Shown: piece after piece, positions 9,287 through 17,478 of the stretch
How the letters are laid out: each line of letters begins with the position of its first letter
Position numbering within the stretch: position 1 is the first letter of the stretch
DNA from: Candidatus Hydrogenedentota bacterium
Lineage (GTDB): Bacteria; Hydrogenedentota; Hydrogenedentia; Hydrogenedentales; SLHB01
Direction: 5' to 3'
Length of the DNA: 64,000 nt
Assembly (NCBI GenBank): GCA_045863295.1
Contig: BTWA01000024.1
Span: forward strand, 1 to 64,000
Translations under genes and position numbers: made by a program
The notes under the pieces: model-generated
Database searches by the model: none
What the model was told of the DNA's origin: nothing
What the model saw: only the letters and a program-made list of their open reading frames with translations

Positions 9287-11518
9287 TTGAAATCAGATTC
9301 CTTTTCCCAAAAACTTTATATTCGAATTGCGGGTGCGGTTGCAGCCATGGCGGTTGCCGCGGCACTCGGATGGGTTATAGGGGCGCCCGTCGGATCCTGG
9401 TTGAGCCGCACACCCGCCGACCCCGGATCGGATTCGGAATCCGGTGAATTGGACGAAGTCGGTTCGTCGTACATTCCACCGCTCTACCTGATGGCGTCTG
9501 GAGCAGACGCCGATATCGAGCAAACCATCCGTTTGGCGCACGATCATGGCATTCGACGGTTTCACGTTCCCGTACCTCTGTTCTGGGCCGACGATGTCGC
9601 GCTGAATTTCGAGAAAGTGTTCGGTTCGTTGGCCTCCGAATCGGAAGATGCCTCCTTATTGCTTTCCGTTTCGCTCAATCCCCCGGCAAGTTGGTTTCTG
9701 AATAACGCCGACGCAGCAGCGGTGGTAGATGGCAAGGCGGAAGAATCGCCATCCGCCGCATCCGAAGTGTGGCTGGCCGCAGCAGAGTCGGAGTTGCAGA
9801 AACTGTTTGCGGCGATTCAATCGACACCGATTCAGCAACGTGTGGAAGGTATTGTTCTGGGTGCACTGGAGAATAATCAGTGGTATCGCCGGAACGGCTA
9901 TGAGACATCGGCAGCAAATACGGCAGGATTTCGAGACTGGCTTGAAGCCCGGTATCAGGATGACGCCCTTTTGCAGGCGGCATGGGCGGACTCGGCCGTC
10001 TCCTTCGAGAACGCTGCCATACCGAAGCCTCCAGATAATGCGAATACGAGTCGAGTCTTCTTTGATCCTCAAAAGGATCGCCGTAACGTTGATTATCTTC
10101 AGTATCTTTCCGAGAGCATTGCAGGTGCAGTGAACCGCGTTGCGGAATCAGCCAAGCGATTCGCACCGGAAGGGTGCGCCGTCTATGCAAAGTACGGATA
10201 CACAGTAGAGGCGGCGGCAAATGACCTCGGACATTTGGCATTGGCCAAGGTCCTGGATGGCCCCATTGACGGTATCGTCAGCCCTGTTTCGTACAAGACG
10301 CGTAATCCCGAAGGAGCGGGTATTCTGACCGGGCCGGCGGCATCGGCCATTCTGCGTGGCAAACGCTGGATCGTATTCGACGACACGGTGGCCGGTGGAG
10401 CGGAATCGGCCTCGGCTCAAGAGATAGATATGTTGCGTGCCGTTCAGAAGCGTAACAATGCATTGGCGCTGGCCAACGGATTCGGCTACATCTGGTCGAG
10501 CCGCGGATTGACGGACGGTGATACCTGGGCCACCTACGGCCTCATGCGCGATGCCTACGCCACCGTCTGGGAACCAAAGCCCGAAAATAGTCAAGCCACG
10601 GCGGTTACCTATCTTGCTTCCGGAGAGCGAACGGTGCTGAACGTGGTCGTCGACGAAGGAAGCCGCACGTATCAACAGTGCGACGCAAAGCTCAACAATC
10701 TACTGTTGTCTGAAGTCGCGGAATCGGTGATGCGATCCGGCGTAGCGGCGGAATTTGTCTTATTGCGCGATGTGTTGGGAGGCAAAGCCAAACCGGCTTC
10801 AGTCTATCTATTCTGCAACGCTTTCAGGCTCGATGCGGACGAGCGTATTTCGCTCCATGCTCTGCTGCAACGGGAAAATGCCTGGGCCATCTGGTTATAC
10901 GCTCCGGGGTTCATCAGCGATACGGCTGCATCCGAGGAGAATGTCAGCGCTACGGTTCGCATGAATGTAAAGGCGTTTGCAGAACCGTCGCAGGGAGGTT
11001 CTGTCTGCAAGCTGGAAGGCGGCCGTTGGATGAGCGCGGGGTTCGAATTCGGCGACGACGACCGTTGGCAACCGTTGTTCTACATTGAAGATCCCGACGC
11101 GGACCTGCTCGCATCGTATCGAGCAAACGAGAAAGCAAGCGTCGCCGTCAAATTCTTTGATGAAGGCCGAGGGTCGGTATTCGTGGCCGATCCGGCCCTT
11201 CCCCCGGACCTTTTGCGCGAGATCCTCAGCATCTTCGGCCAGAACCTCCTGCTTCGCAGCAGCGTGGGACCGGTCGCCGACGTGGTGTGTGTAGGGCCAA
11301 ATCTGATGACCCTATACTCCGATACGCCCGGCGAACGAGTTGTCGATTTCGGCACTTATTTCAACGTCCGAGACTTGCTGGAGCCGACAGTGGGATGGGC
11401 AGGGCGGCAATTCCTTACGATTAACATGCGTGAATACGCAACACGCATGTTGTATGTCACCCCCATTCCCGAAGACGAAATGCCCCCCATCCCCGAGGAG
11501 GCGCCGCCCAATGAGTGA
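9287..11518 (+). CDS. Membrane-anchored beta-galactosidase-like (GH42-related TIM barrel plus trimerisation-like domain) protein
   Basis: N-terminal TM helix; PPASWF, S.ASEVW, FRDWL..RY...L.AAW, YGY...GHLAL..VL, SPVSY. Confidence 0.6.
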   Translation: MKSDSFSQKLYIRIAGAVAAMAVAAALGWVIGAPVGSWLSRTPADPGSDSESGELDEVGSSYIPPLYLMASGADADIEQTIRLAHDHGIRRFHVPVPLFWADDVALNFEKVFGSLASESEDASLLLSVSLNPPASWFLNNADAAAVVDGKAEESPSAASEVWLAAAESELQKLFAAIQSTPIQQRVEGIVLGALENNQWYRRNGYETSAANTAGFRDWLEARYQDDALLQAAWADSAVSFENAAIPKPPDNANTSRVFFDPQKDRRNVDYLQYLSESIAGAVNRVAESAKRFAPEGCAVYAKYGYTVEAAANDLGHLALAKVLDGPIDGIVSPVSYKTRNPEGAGILTGPAASAILRGKRWIVFDDTVAGGAESASAQEIDMLRAVQKRNNALALANGFGYIWSSRGLTDGDTWATYGLMRDAYATVWEPKPENSQATAVTYLASGERTVLNVVVDEGSRTYQQCDAKLNNLLLSEVAESVMRSGVAAEFVLLRDVLGGKAKPASVYLFCNAFRLDADERISLHALLQRENAWAIWLYAPGFISDTAASEENVSATVRMNVKAFAEPSQGGSVCKLEGGRWMSAGFEFGDDDRWQPLFYIEDPDADLLASYRANEKASVAVKFFDEGRGSVFVADPALPPDLLREILSIFGQNLLLRSSVGPVADVVCVGPNLMTLYSDTPGERVVDFGTYFNVRDLLEPTVGWAGRQFLTINMREYATRMLYVTPIPEDEMPPIPEEAPPNE

Positions 11519-13034
11519 ATCTTTGCTAGCCATCGACATTGGAGCTACTGGCATTAAGGCCGGAGTCTTCGACACGAACGGCCACGTGCACGCCGTGGCG
11601 GGTCGCCGCAACGGCCCCGTTCCCGATACGCTGGGTCAACCCGGCTGGCTCGTATGGGATCCGGAGGCCGTATGGAACAGCGTTTGCGAGTGCATTCGAG
11701 AATGTGTGGCGGCTTCAGATTGCGATGTCCGGTCGATTCGTGCTGTTGCCACCACCGGTTTTGGAGCGGACGGACTCCCGATGGATGCCGGCGGAAATCC
11801 CCTCTATCCGTTCATCAGCTGGCATTGCGGTCGAACCGCGCTGCAATGTGAACAAATTGCCAGGAGTCTCGGCAACGAGAATATCTTTCAGATAACCGGG
11901 TACCACAATTATCCGATCAATACGGCGAACCGCCTTTTGTGGTTTCGCCAAAAGCACCCCGAGATCCTTGACAAGGCCTCAACTTGGCTACAGGTGCAGG
12001 ACTACATTGCCTTCCGCCTTTCAGGAGAATGCGCCACCGATTGCACGATCGCTTCGACTACCATGTTGTTGGACGGCAGTCGGCGCGATTGGTCCGATAC
12101 CATGCTCCACGCCGCGGGTGTCGACCGGGATCTATTGCCGCCTCTACGCGAATCGGGCACGTCCATCGGGCGTATTACCGCCGAGGCGGCGGCGCAGACC
12201 GGGCTGTCGCGCAATACCCAGGTCATTACCGGTGGTCACGATTGCGAAATTGGCGTTCTGGGCGCCGGAGTAAGCGATCCTCAGACATTTATCGATATTT
12301 CCGGTACATGGGAAATTCTTATCGCGTTAAGCAACAATTTTGACCCGAAGCCTGACCACTACATCCAGGGTCTCGACTTTGAATGCCACGCTGTGCCCGG
12401 GCAATGGATTTGCCAAAGCTTGATGATTGCAGGCGGTGTCATGGAATGGATTCGCGACAAGTTCTATGCCCACCTCCCCGAGGGTGAAGTGTATGCCGCC
12501 ATGATTGCGGAGGCCAATGTACCATCGAGAGATATCTATGTGCTCCCCAGTTTCATGCGAGGCATGGGACCCGATGCGAGTCGCCACGCCACCGGTACCA
12601 TCCTCGGATTGACCACGGCCACCACACGTGGCCAGATCGTGCGCGCCGCGTTCGAAGGTCTTTGCTTCCAGCTTCGGCAACAAACGCAGGCGCTGTCGGC
12701 GGCTACGGGAAAAGTGGCCCGGAAACTGCGGGTTATCGGAGGCGGTCAGAAGAATCCCCTGTGGATGCAAATGAAAGCCGATACCACCGGGCTTCCCGTG
12801 GAAATAACGCAGCATCCGGAAGTTACTCTTCTGGGTGCGGCCATTCTAGCCGGTGTAGGAGCGGGTCTCTATTCCAGTGCGCACGATGCCATGCGGCAGA
12901 TTCCGTGCCATTGCACTTTGTTCGAACCGGAAGCGACCGCCGCGGCGCAGTATGCGGATCGTTTCACGGACGTGTACGCTCGCTTGGCGACAGATCTGCA
13001 ACACGCCAATGAAGCCATTGCCCGTCATGCTTAA
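11511..13034 (+). CDS. FGGY family carbohydrate kinase (fuculokinase/xylulokinase-like)
   Basis: IDIGATGIKA, YPFISW, GGHD, GTWE, RAAFEG, GGGQKN.LWMQMKAD, LGAAILAG; start overlaps the upstream gene's end. Confidence 0.93.
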   Translation: MSESLLAIDIGATGIKAGVFDTNGHVHAVAGRRNGPVPDTLGQPGWLVWDPEAVWNSVCECIRECVAASDCDVRSIRAVATTGFGADGLPMDAGGNPLYPFISWHCGRTALQCEQIARSLGNENIFQITGYHNYPINTANRLLWFRQKHPEILDKASTWLQVQDYIAFRLSGECATDCTIASTTMLLDGSRRDWSDTMLHAAGVDRDLLPPLRESGTSIGRITAEAAAQTGLSRNTQVITGGHDCEIGVLGAGVSDPQTFIDISGTWEILIALSNNFDPKPDHYIQGLDFECHAVPGQWICQSLMIAGGVMEWIRDKFYAHLPEGEVYAAMIAEANVPSRDIYVLPSFMRGMGPDASRHATGTILGLTTATTRGQIVRAAFEGLCFQLRQQTQALSAATGKVARKLRVIGGGQKNPLWMQMKADTTGLPVEITQHPEVTLLGAAILAGVGAGLYSSAHDAMRQIPCHCTLFEPEATAAAQYADRFTDVYARLATDLQHANEAIARHA

Positions 13035-13287
13035 CACACGAAGTCTCTGACGAACCCGCTCTCCTGGGGATGCATGACTTGGCCTTATGTCTAAAAGGTT
13101 CCGCTGGATACATCCTGACCTGCATGGTGTACACTGAAAGTGTGGGGTGTAATTCACATTCCCACGGTCCCAGTGCCGGCCAAGTCAGTGGGCGATCGAG
13201 ACTTCGGTTATACAGATATTGGGAAATCTATAGACATTTCCGGGCGAATTCAGTTTTCCCGTGGCGAGGCCTCTTATTAACACTTAA

Positions 13288-13322
13288 ATGCCCGCACCCT
13301 GCGCAATACAGGGTGCGGGCAT
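13288..13322. terminator. Intrinsic terminator-like hairpin
   Basis: Perfect 14-bp inverted repeat ATGCCCGCACCCTG-cgcaata-CAGGGTGCGGGCAT downstream of the stop at 13364. Confidence 0.7.
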
Positions 13323-13363
13323 AATCGAGTTCGGAGTTGTTGCTTGCTCTAATCGAGCACAAT

Positions 13364-15043
13364 TCACTCCGCGGTAAATACAGAAAGTTCAACCGGGACA
13401 ACCGTTCCCAGCTTTGCTATCCAGGTTCCCCATGCCGCATCGTCGCCTGAAGAGCGTGCCACACTGCAGTACTCATTGGCGATCCAGAAGGTTGTGTCGT
13501 CATCGGGATCAACCACACAGGCCGAGTAGTCGCCCCAGCGTTCGGGGTTGGTCGAATTAAAGTCATCGTATTCGCCGACGCTGGTCTTATACACGACGGA
13601 TGTCTGCATTGTTCCGGCCGTTTCGCCGCTTGTGCGTGTGGCGACGCGAATATCGACAAACTGATCGCTGAACGATTGCGAGAAACAGACCGCGACATCG
13701 TCATTGGTATTGACGTTGATCGACGGCATAAATGTCCATTCGTCTGAATCACTTCCATTGATAGAACCGCTTTGCGCAACGGACGGCGCCGTGGGATTGC
13801 CGCCGTTGGTATTGATCTCAAACCACACCACTTCCGTCTTGGAGTCGGAATCTGTATCGGCGCTGAGTGTGCACCAGACACTGCCGCCGCGGTACACGGC
13901 ATTCATGACGCGCGACGACAGGGTGCTGATCGTGATGCCCGTGACGCCCGACTGAGGAGCGCCCGCGGCGATTTGAGTACCCGCCGTCCAACTCCGGGTG
14001 GTCGTGTGTGTCCCGGCAACCAAGGTGGGAGACGCGGCAGTACCGCCGATTTCCCAAAGCCGGTACAATGTCGAGCCGAACCGGTTGATCATGTAGAAAT
14101 TGCCGTTGTCCGTGGTTCCGTAGGTGTGGGCCGGTTGAACCGTAGATATGCCAGTCGTGGCGACGGCGTCCACATCGAAGTCAGTGAAGGTGTTTGTCGT
14201 TCCAATTGTGCTCTTGTCGTAAACGCGAATCTTTGTGCCTCGGCCCGTTCCACCCGAGTCGAACATATTTCCTGTGATTACAAGGCGAGTGGAGTCCGCA
14301 CCGATACCGGGGTAGTCGAACCAGGATTCATACCCGCTGGAGGGGCCAGGCCCAGCTCCGTCACCGGGGAATTCCACCAGCGTGTCCGCCACGTGGAAAT
14401 TCCAGTCCGCCCCAGTAAATCCACCGGGCGTGGCCGTTTTCGACTGGGCAATGTGCAGCCTGCTTTCGCCGCCCGAACCGCCGGAGTTCGGGAGGTTCCC
14501 GTCGAGCACCACCACAAAGAACCGGCTCGAGTGCTGGTCGAAAATAACCTTGGGATCGAACGCCCCCTTCGTCGTGGTCGTCGGTACAAACGCATCCAGA
14601 TCGATCGAACTCGCTACAGTGCTGCCTGTCTTGTCAAATATGGTGATGCCGTTATTTGTGACCTCGACGATGCGTCCGGCGGAACCGGCGCCCGTACCAA
14701 CCGCACAGTGCGTATCTGGCGGCTTTTCTTCAGAGCCATCCAGTACAGGAGTCTGGGCCTGGCCGTCGAAGCCAAGGGCGGCTGCGGGTGTAAGAGGCCC
14801 GGGAGCCGGATCGGGAAGCTCCGACGGTACTTGCGGCGCGGGCATGTCATCCATTGTCACCGTGACCGTTGCTGGCTCTGGGATGGGCCCGGTATAGCCC
14901 GAACCGCCAGATGGATATACGATATCCATGTCAACCACGACTTCTTCTGCGTCAACGGCGAGAAAGATACCCGCGCACAAAAAGAGACAAAGAATCAAGA
15001 CGGTACTTCGAGAAGATGCGGTGTGGTGTAGGAATATCTGCAT
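13364..15043 (-). CDS. Secreted beta-rich protein with C-terminal VPVELSVFTAE tail (putative sorting cargo 1)
   Basis: GAGGGG RBS; signal peptide; PPD...AVG, FDPKVIFD, DYPGIG, RWGDYS..VDP...FW..NEY motifs of an uncharacterised extracellular domain; terminal PVELS tail. Confidence 0.85.
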   Translation of the reverse strand: MQIFLHHTASSRSTVLILCLFLCAGIFLAVDAEEVVVDMDIVYPSGGSGYTGPIPEPATVTVTMDDMPAPQVPSELPDPAPGPLTPAAALGFDGQAQTPVLDGSEEKPPDTHCAVGTGAGSAGRIVEVTNNGITIFDKTGSTVASSIDLDAFVPTTTTKGAFDPKVIFDQHSSRFFVVVLDGNLPNSGGSGGESRLHIAQSKTATPGGFTGADWNFHVADTLVEFPGDGAGPGPSSGYESWFDYPGIGADSTRLVITGNMFDSGGTGRGTKIRVYDKSTIGTTNTFTDFDVDAVATTGISTVQPAHTYGTTDNGNFYMINRFGSTLYRLWEIGGTAASPTLVAGTHTTTRSWTAGTQIAAGAPQSGVTGITISTLSSRVMNAVYRGGSVWCTLSADTDSDSKTEVVWFEINTNGGNPTAPSVAQSGSINGSDSDEWTFMPSINVNTNDDVAVCFSQSFSDQFVDIRVATRTSGETAGTMQTSVVYKTSVGEYDDFNSTNPERWGDYSACVVDPDDDTTFWIANEYCSVARSSGDDAAWGTWIAKLGTVVPVELSVFTAE

Positions 15044-15114
15044 AGATAGATCCCCTCGGTTTGCGCCCAATGCCGGCGATTGACAGGTACAGCCCCGGAA
15101 TACCCCAAGCCACC

Positions 15115-15143
15115 AACCTACACCTGAGGCGACATTCTGTCAA
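15115..15143 (-). promoter_or_regulatory. Sigma70-type promoter for cargo 1
   Basis: TTGACA-17 bp-TAGGTT on the minus strand, about 70 bp upstream of the ATG at 15043. Confidence 0.55.
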
Positions 15144-15187
15144 CCCCAAACCTACAGGTGTGCTGTTTTGCAGCGTCCGCATCAATC

Positions 15188-16549
15188 TCAGAGCTTCCAG
15201 CCATCCCGATAAGGTGGATTGATGAGTTGGTTCGCCTCGGGAACATTTGTGACGGTCATGTTTGGTCCATCCCAAAGCAGTCTTTTCCCTGTGCGAATGG
15301 CGACGTTGCCGAGCAGGATAACCTCAGTTAACAGTCCAGCGAAATCGAAATTGGACCCCGCCGGCTCGCCGCCCTTGCAGGCGTTGACCCACTCAGCACC
15401 GTGCCCCGGCGATCTTGGGAGTTTTTTGGGAGGAACACCATATTCGATTTTTCGGGACTCAGGGATGAGGTCATGGTTCAGGATCTTTCCTTTGTCGCCT
15501 ATGTAGAGCATGCCATCGCCCCCGCCAAACTTGCGGTCCGGTTCGAGTTCCTCAGGACGGCGCGGCATCAATCCACCATCCCACCACGTCAAGGTGACCC
15601 CGGGACGGTCGCCTACGGCCGGAAACTCGTAGTGGACGATCGATGCAATGGGAGCGCTTTCAGCATTGACTTCCGGAGGAGACTGCGCGGCCGTTGACGT
15701 TGCTTCGACACTTGTGGGATGGCCCAACTTCAGCGCTTTAAAAATGGCGGAGCAATTGTGACACCCAATGTCGCCCAATACACCCGTTCCGAAATCCCAC
15801 CAGCCCCGCCAGACAAACGGGAGATAGGCCCCCTCCACATACGGACGGAACGGCGCGGGTCCAAGCCAGAGATCCCAGTCCAGCGTGGAAGGCACCGGCG
15901 AAGAGCCTCCGGGGCGGGCCATGCCCCGCGGTGAAATCGATGGATTCCGGTTGCACCATCCATGTATCTCCCGCACGTTCCCGATGGCCCCATCCCAGAT
16001 CAGCTCCGCCAATACGCGCGCATCTTCGGAGGCCTGGCCCTGGTTGCCCATTTGCGTCGCCACTTTTGCATTGCGGGCGGCTTCGGCCAGTACCCTGGCT
16101 TCGTGAATCGAGTGCGTCAACGGTTTTTCGCAATACACGTGCTTGCCCAGTTGGATCGCCGTCATCGCGACGAATGCATGCAGGTGATCAGGAGTACCTA
16201 CAACGACCGCGTCAATGTCTTTTTGCTTTTCCAGCATGACGCGAAAATCGCGATAGGTCTTCGCGGCGGGGTAGCGCTCGAATGTCTTTGCCGCGTACGC
16301 ATCGTCCACATCGCACAGGGCGACAATGTTCTCACCCAGGGTAGCGAAGTGGTCCACATCGCGTCCGCCCTGACCTCCAATGCCGATGCCGGCAATATTG
16401 AGTTTGTCGTTGGCCGAAATTCGGCGGCGCCTGGGCGCGCGCACACGATCCGAACCGCGGGCGGGTCCCGTAGCTGCGCCGGCGATAGCGCCCACGGTCG
16501 CGGAAGCACCCATCAGAAAATAGCGTCGTGACATCCCCCTATCACTCAT
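15188..16549 (-). CDS. Tat-exported Gfo/Idh/MocA family oxidoreductase
   Basis: SRRYFL twin-arginine signal; GIGIGGQG, TPDHLH, YCEKPLTH, TQMGNQG, LDWDLWLGPAP, WRGWWDFGTG.LGD. Confidence 0.95.
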   Translation of the reverse strand: MSDRGMSRRYFLMGASATVGAIAGAATGPARGSDRVRAPRRRRISANDKLNIAGIGIGGQGGRDVDHFATLGENIVALCDVDDAYAAKTFERYPAAKTYRDFRVMLEKQKDIDAVVVGTPDHLHAFVAMTAIQLGKHVYCEKPLTHSIHEARVLAEAARNAKVATQMGNQGQASEDARVLAELIWDGAIGNVREIHGWCNRNPSISPRGMARPGGSSPVPSTLDWDLWLGPAPFRPYVEGAYLPFVWRGWWDFGTGVLGDIGCHNCSAIFKALKLGHPTSVEATSTAAQSPPEVNAESAPIASIVHYEFPAVGDRPGVTLTWWDGGLMPRRPEELEPDRKFGGGDGMLYIGDKGKILNHDLIPESRKIEYGVPPKKLPRSPGHGAEWVNACKGGEPAGSNFDFAGLLTEVILLGNVAIRTGKRLLWDGPNMTVTNVPEANQLINPPYRDGWKL

Positions 16550-16756
16550 GACTTCACCTCTCTTTCCGAAAGTTGCTGGCGATCGCAGTGTAAACGCATT
16601 GGCAATTGGCATCAATAGAGAGGGTATTCATGGGTTCAGTTGAATTGTACGGCGCCATTCCGCGTTTCATCTTGGACGATTCACAAACACGGTCCGGCAG
16701 GAAACCATTCGACTGACGTCTGATTAGCCCGCATTTTGCACCACGCTTAAATCATG

Positions 16757-16833
16757 CGTGGAAGACTGAAGTACAGTCTCCGTGGAAGACTGAAGTACAG
16801 TCTCCGTGGAAGACTGAAGTACAGTCTCCGTGG
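16757..16833. repeat. 24-bp perfect tandem repeat x3.2 with internal hairpin
   Basis: CGTGGAAGACTGAAGTACAGTCTC at 16757, 16781 and 16805, then CGTGG; hairpin AGACTG-aagta-CAGTCT. Confidence 0.95.
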
Positions 16834-16974
16834 TGCAAAATGCTCACACAGAATTCCTTAAGCTTGAAACGCTGAGGATATTTCACGTGCATACTGTAAG
16901 TGCGCCAGTTCTGGTAACAGGCCAGTTGAATTGTTGGTACACAGTTAATTGGACAAAGTCGTGAAATATCCGGG

Positions 16975-17478
16975 TTACGGTTGGTGCGGTGTTTCAAACG
17001 TGCTTCGCCGAAACGAAGTGCCATGGCGAGCGATTTCAGCGGCCTCATCGTTAGTGAGAGGCTTGGTCCGACCCACGACCATTTCGGGATGCCCTGCGAT
17101 CCAAAACTGGGCGCCGTCAAGATCGACCTGCTGAAGCCGGTAGTAGTAGACGCGATTCTGTTCCACGTGGAGATCGTAGAACACGTACTCCTGAGGCGTG
17201 GTCGAATTTCCCGCGGCGGGAAGAGGGTGATCGGCATTAATGCAGACTTCGTCGGCGCCAGGTTCGTCAGCGCGATAAACAAAAAAGGCATAGGCGTTGT
17301 CTTCCGTTTCTGTGCGCCAGAACAGGCGGATACGGGGGGCGCCGGTTGCCACGGAGTTCGATCCGTCTTTCAAGGCTGGATTCACTGAACTGGTTTCTCC
17401 ACGATGAACGCAGGACGTCGCAAGAACCACGGCCATGGTTAGCACGAAGCATGGAAGTGGACGTACGCGGTAGATCAT
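16975..17478 (-). CDS. Putative lipoprotein with incomplete FN3/Ig-like beta-sandwich (lacks the first PVEL strand)
   Basis: Hydrophobic stretch plus ATS|C23 lipobox-like site; IRLFWRTETEDNAYAFFVYR, AGNSTTPQEYVFYD, YYYRLQQVDLDG; ATG overlaps the C25 stop (ATGA, 17475-17478). Confidence 0.8.
   Translation of the reverse strand: MIYRVRPLPCFVLTMAVVLATSCVHRGETSSVNPALKDGSNSVATGAPRIRLFWRTETEDNAYAFFVYRADEPGADEVCINADHPLPAAGNSTTPQEYVFYDLHVEQNRVYYYRLQQVDLDGAQFWIAGHPEMVVGRTKPLTNDEAAEIARHGTSFRRSTFETPHQP

Noticed and set aside
15188..16549. Tat oxidoreductase as part of the sorting system
   Set aside because: It is a common paralogous family with no PVELS tail (ends RDGWKL) and is separated by intergenic gaps and a repeat; probably a bystander.
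16757..16833. Possible CRISPR array
   Set aside because: The units are directly adjacent with no spacers, and there are no cas genes in the window.
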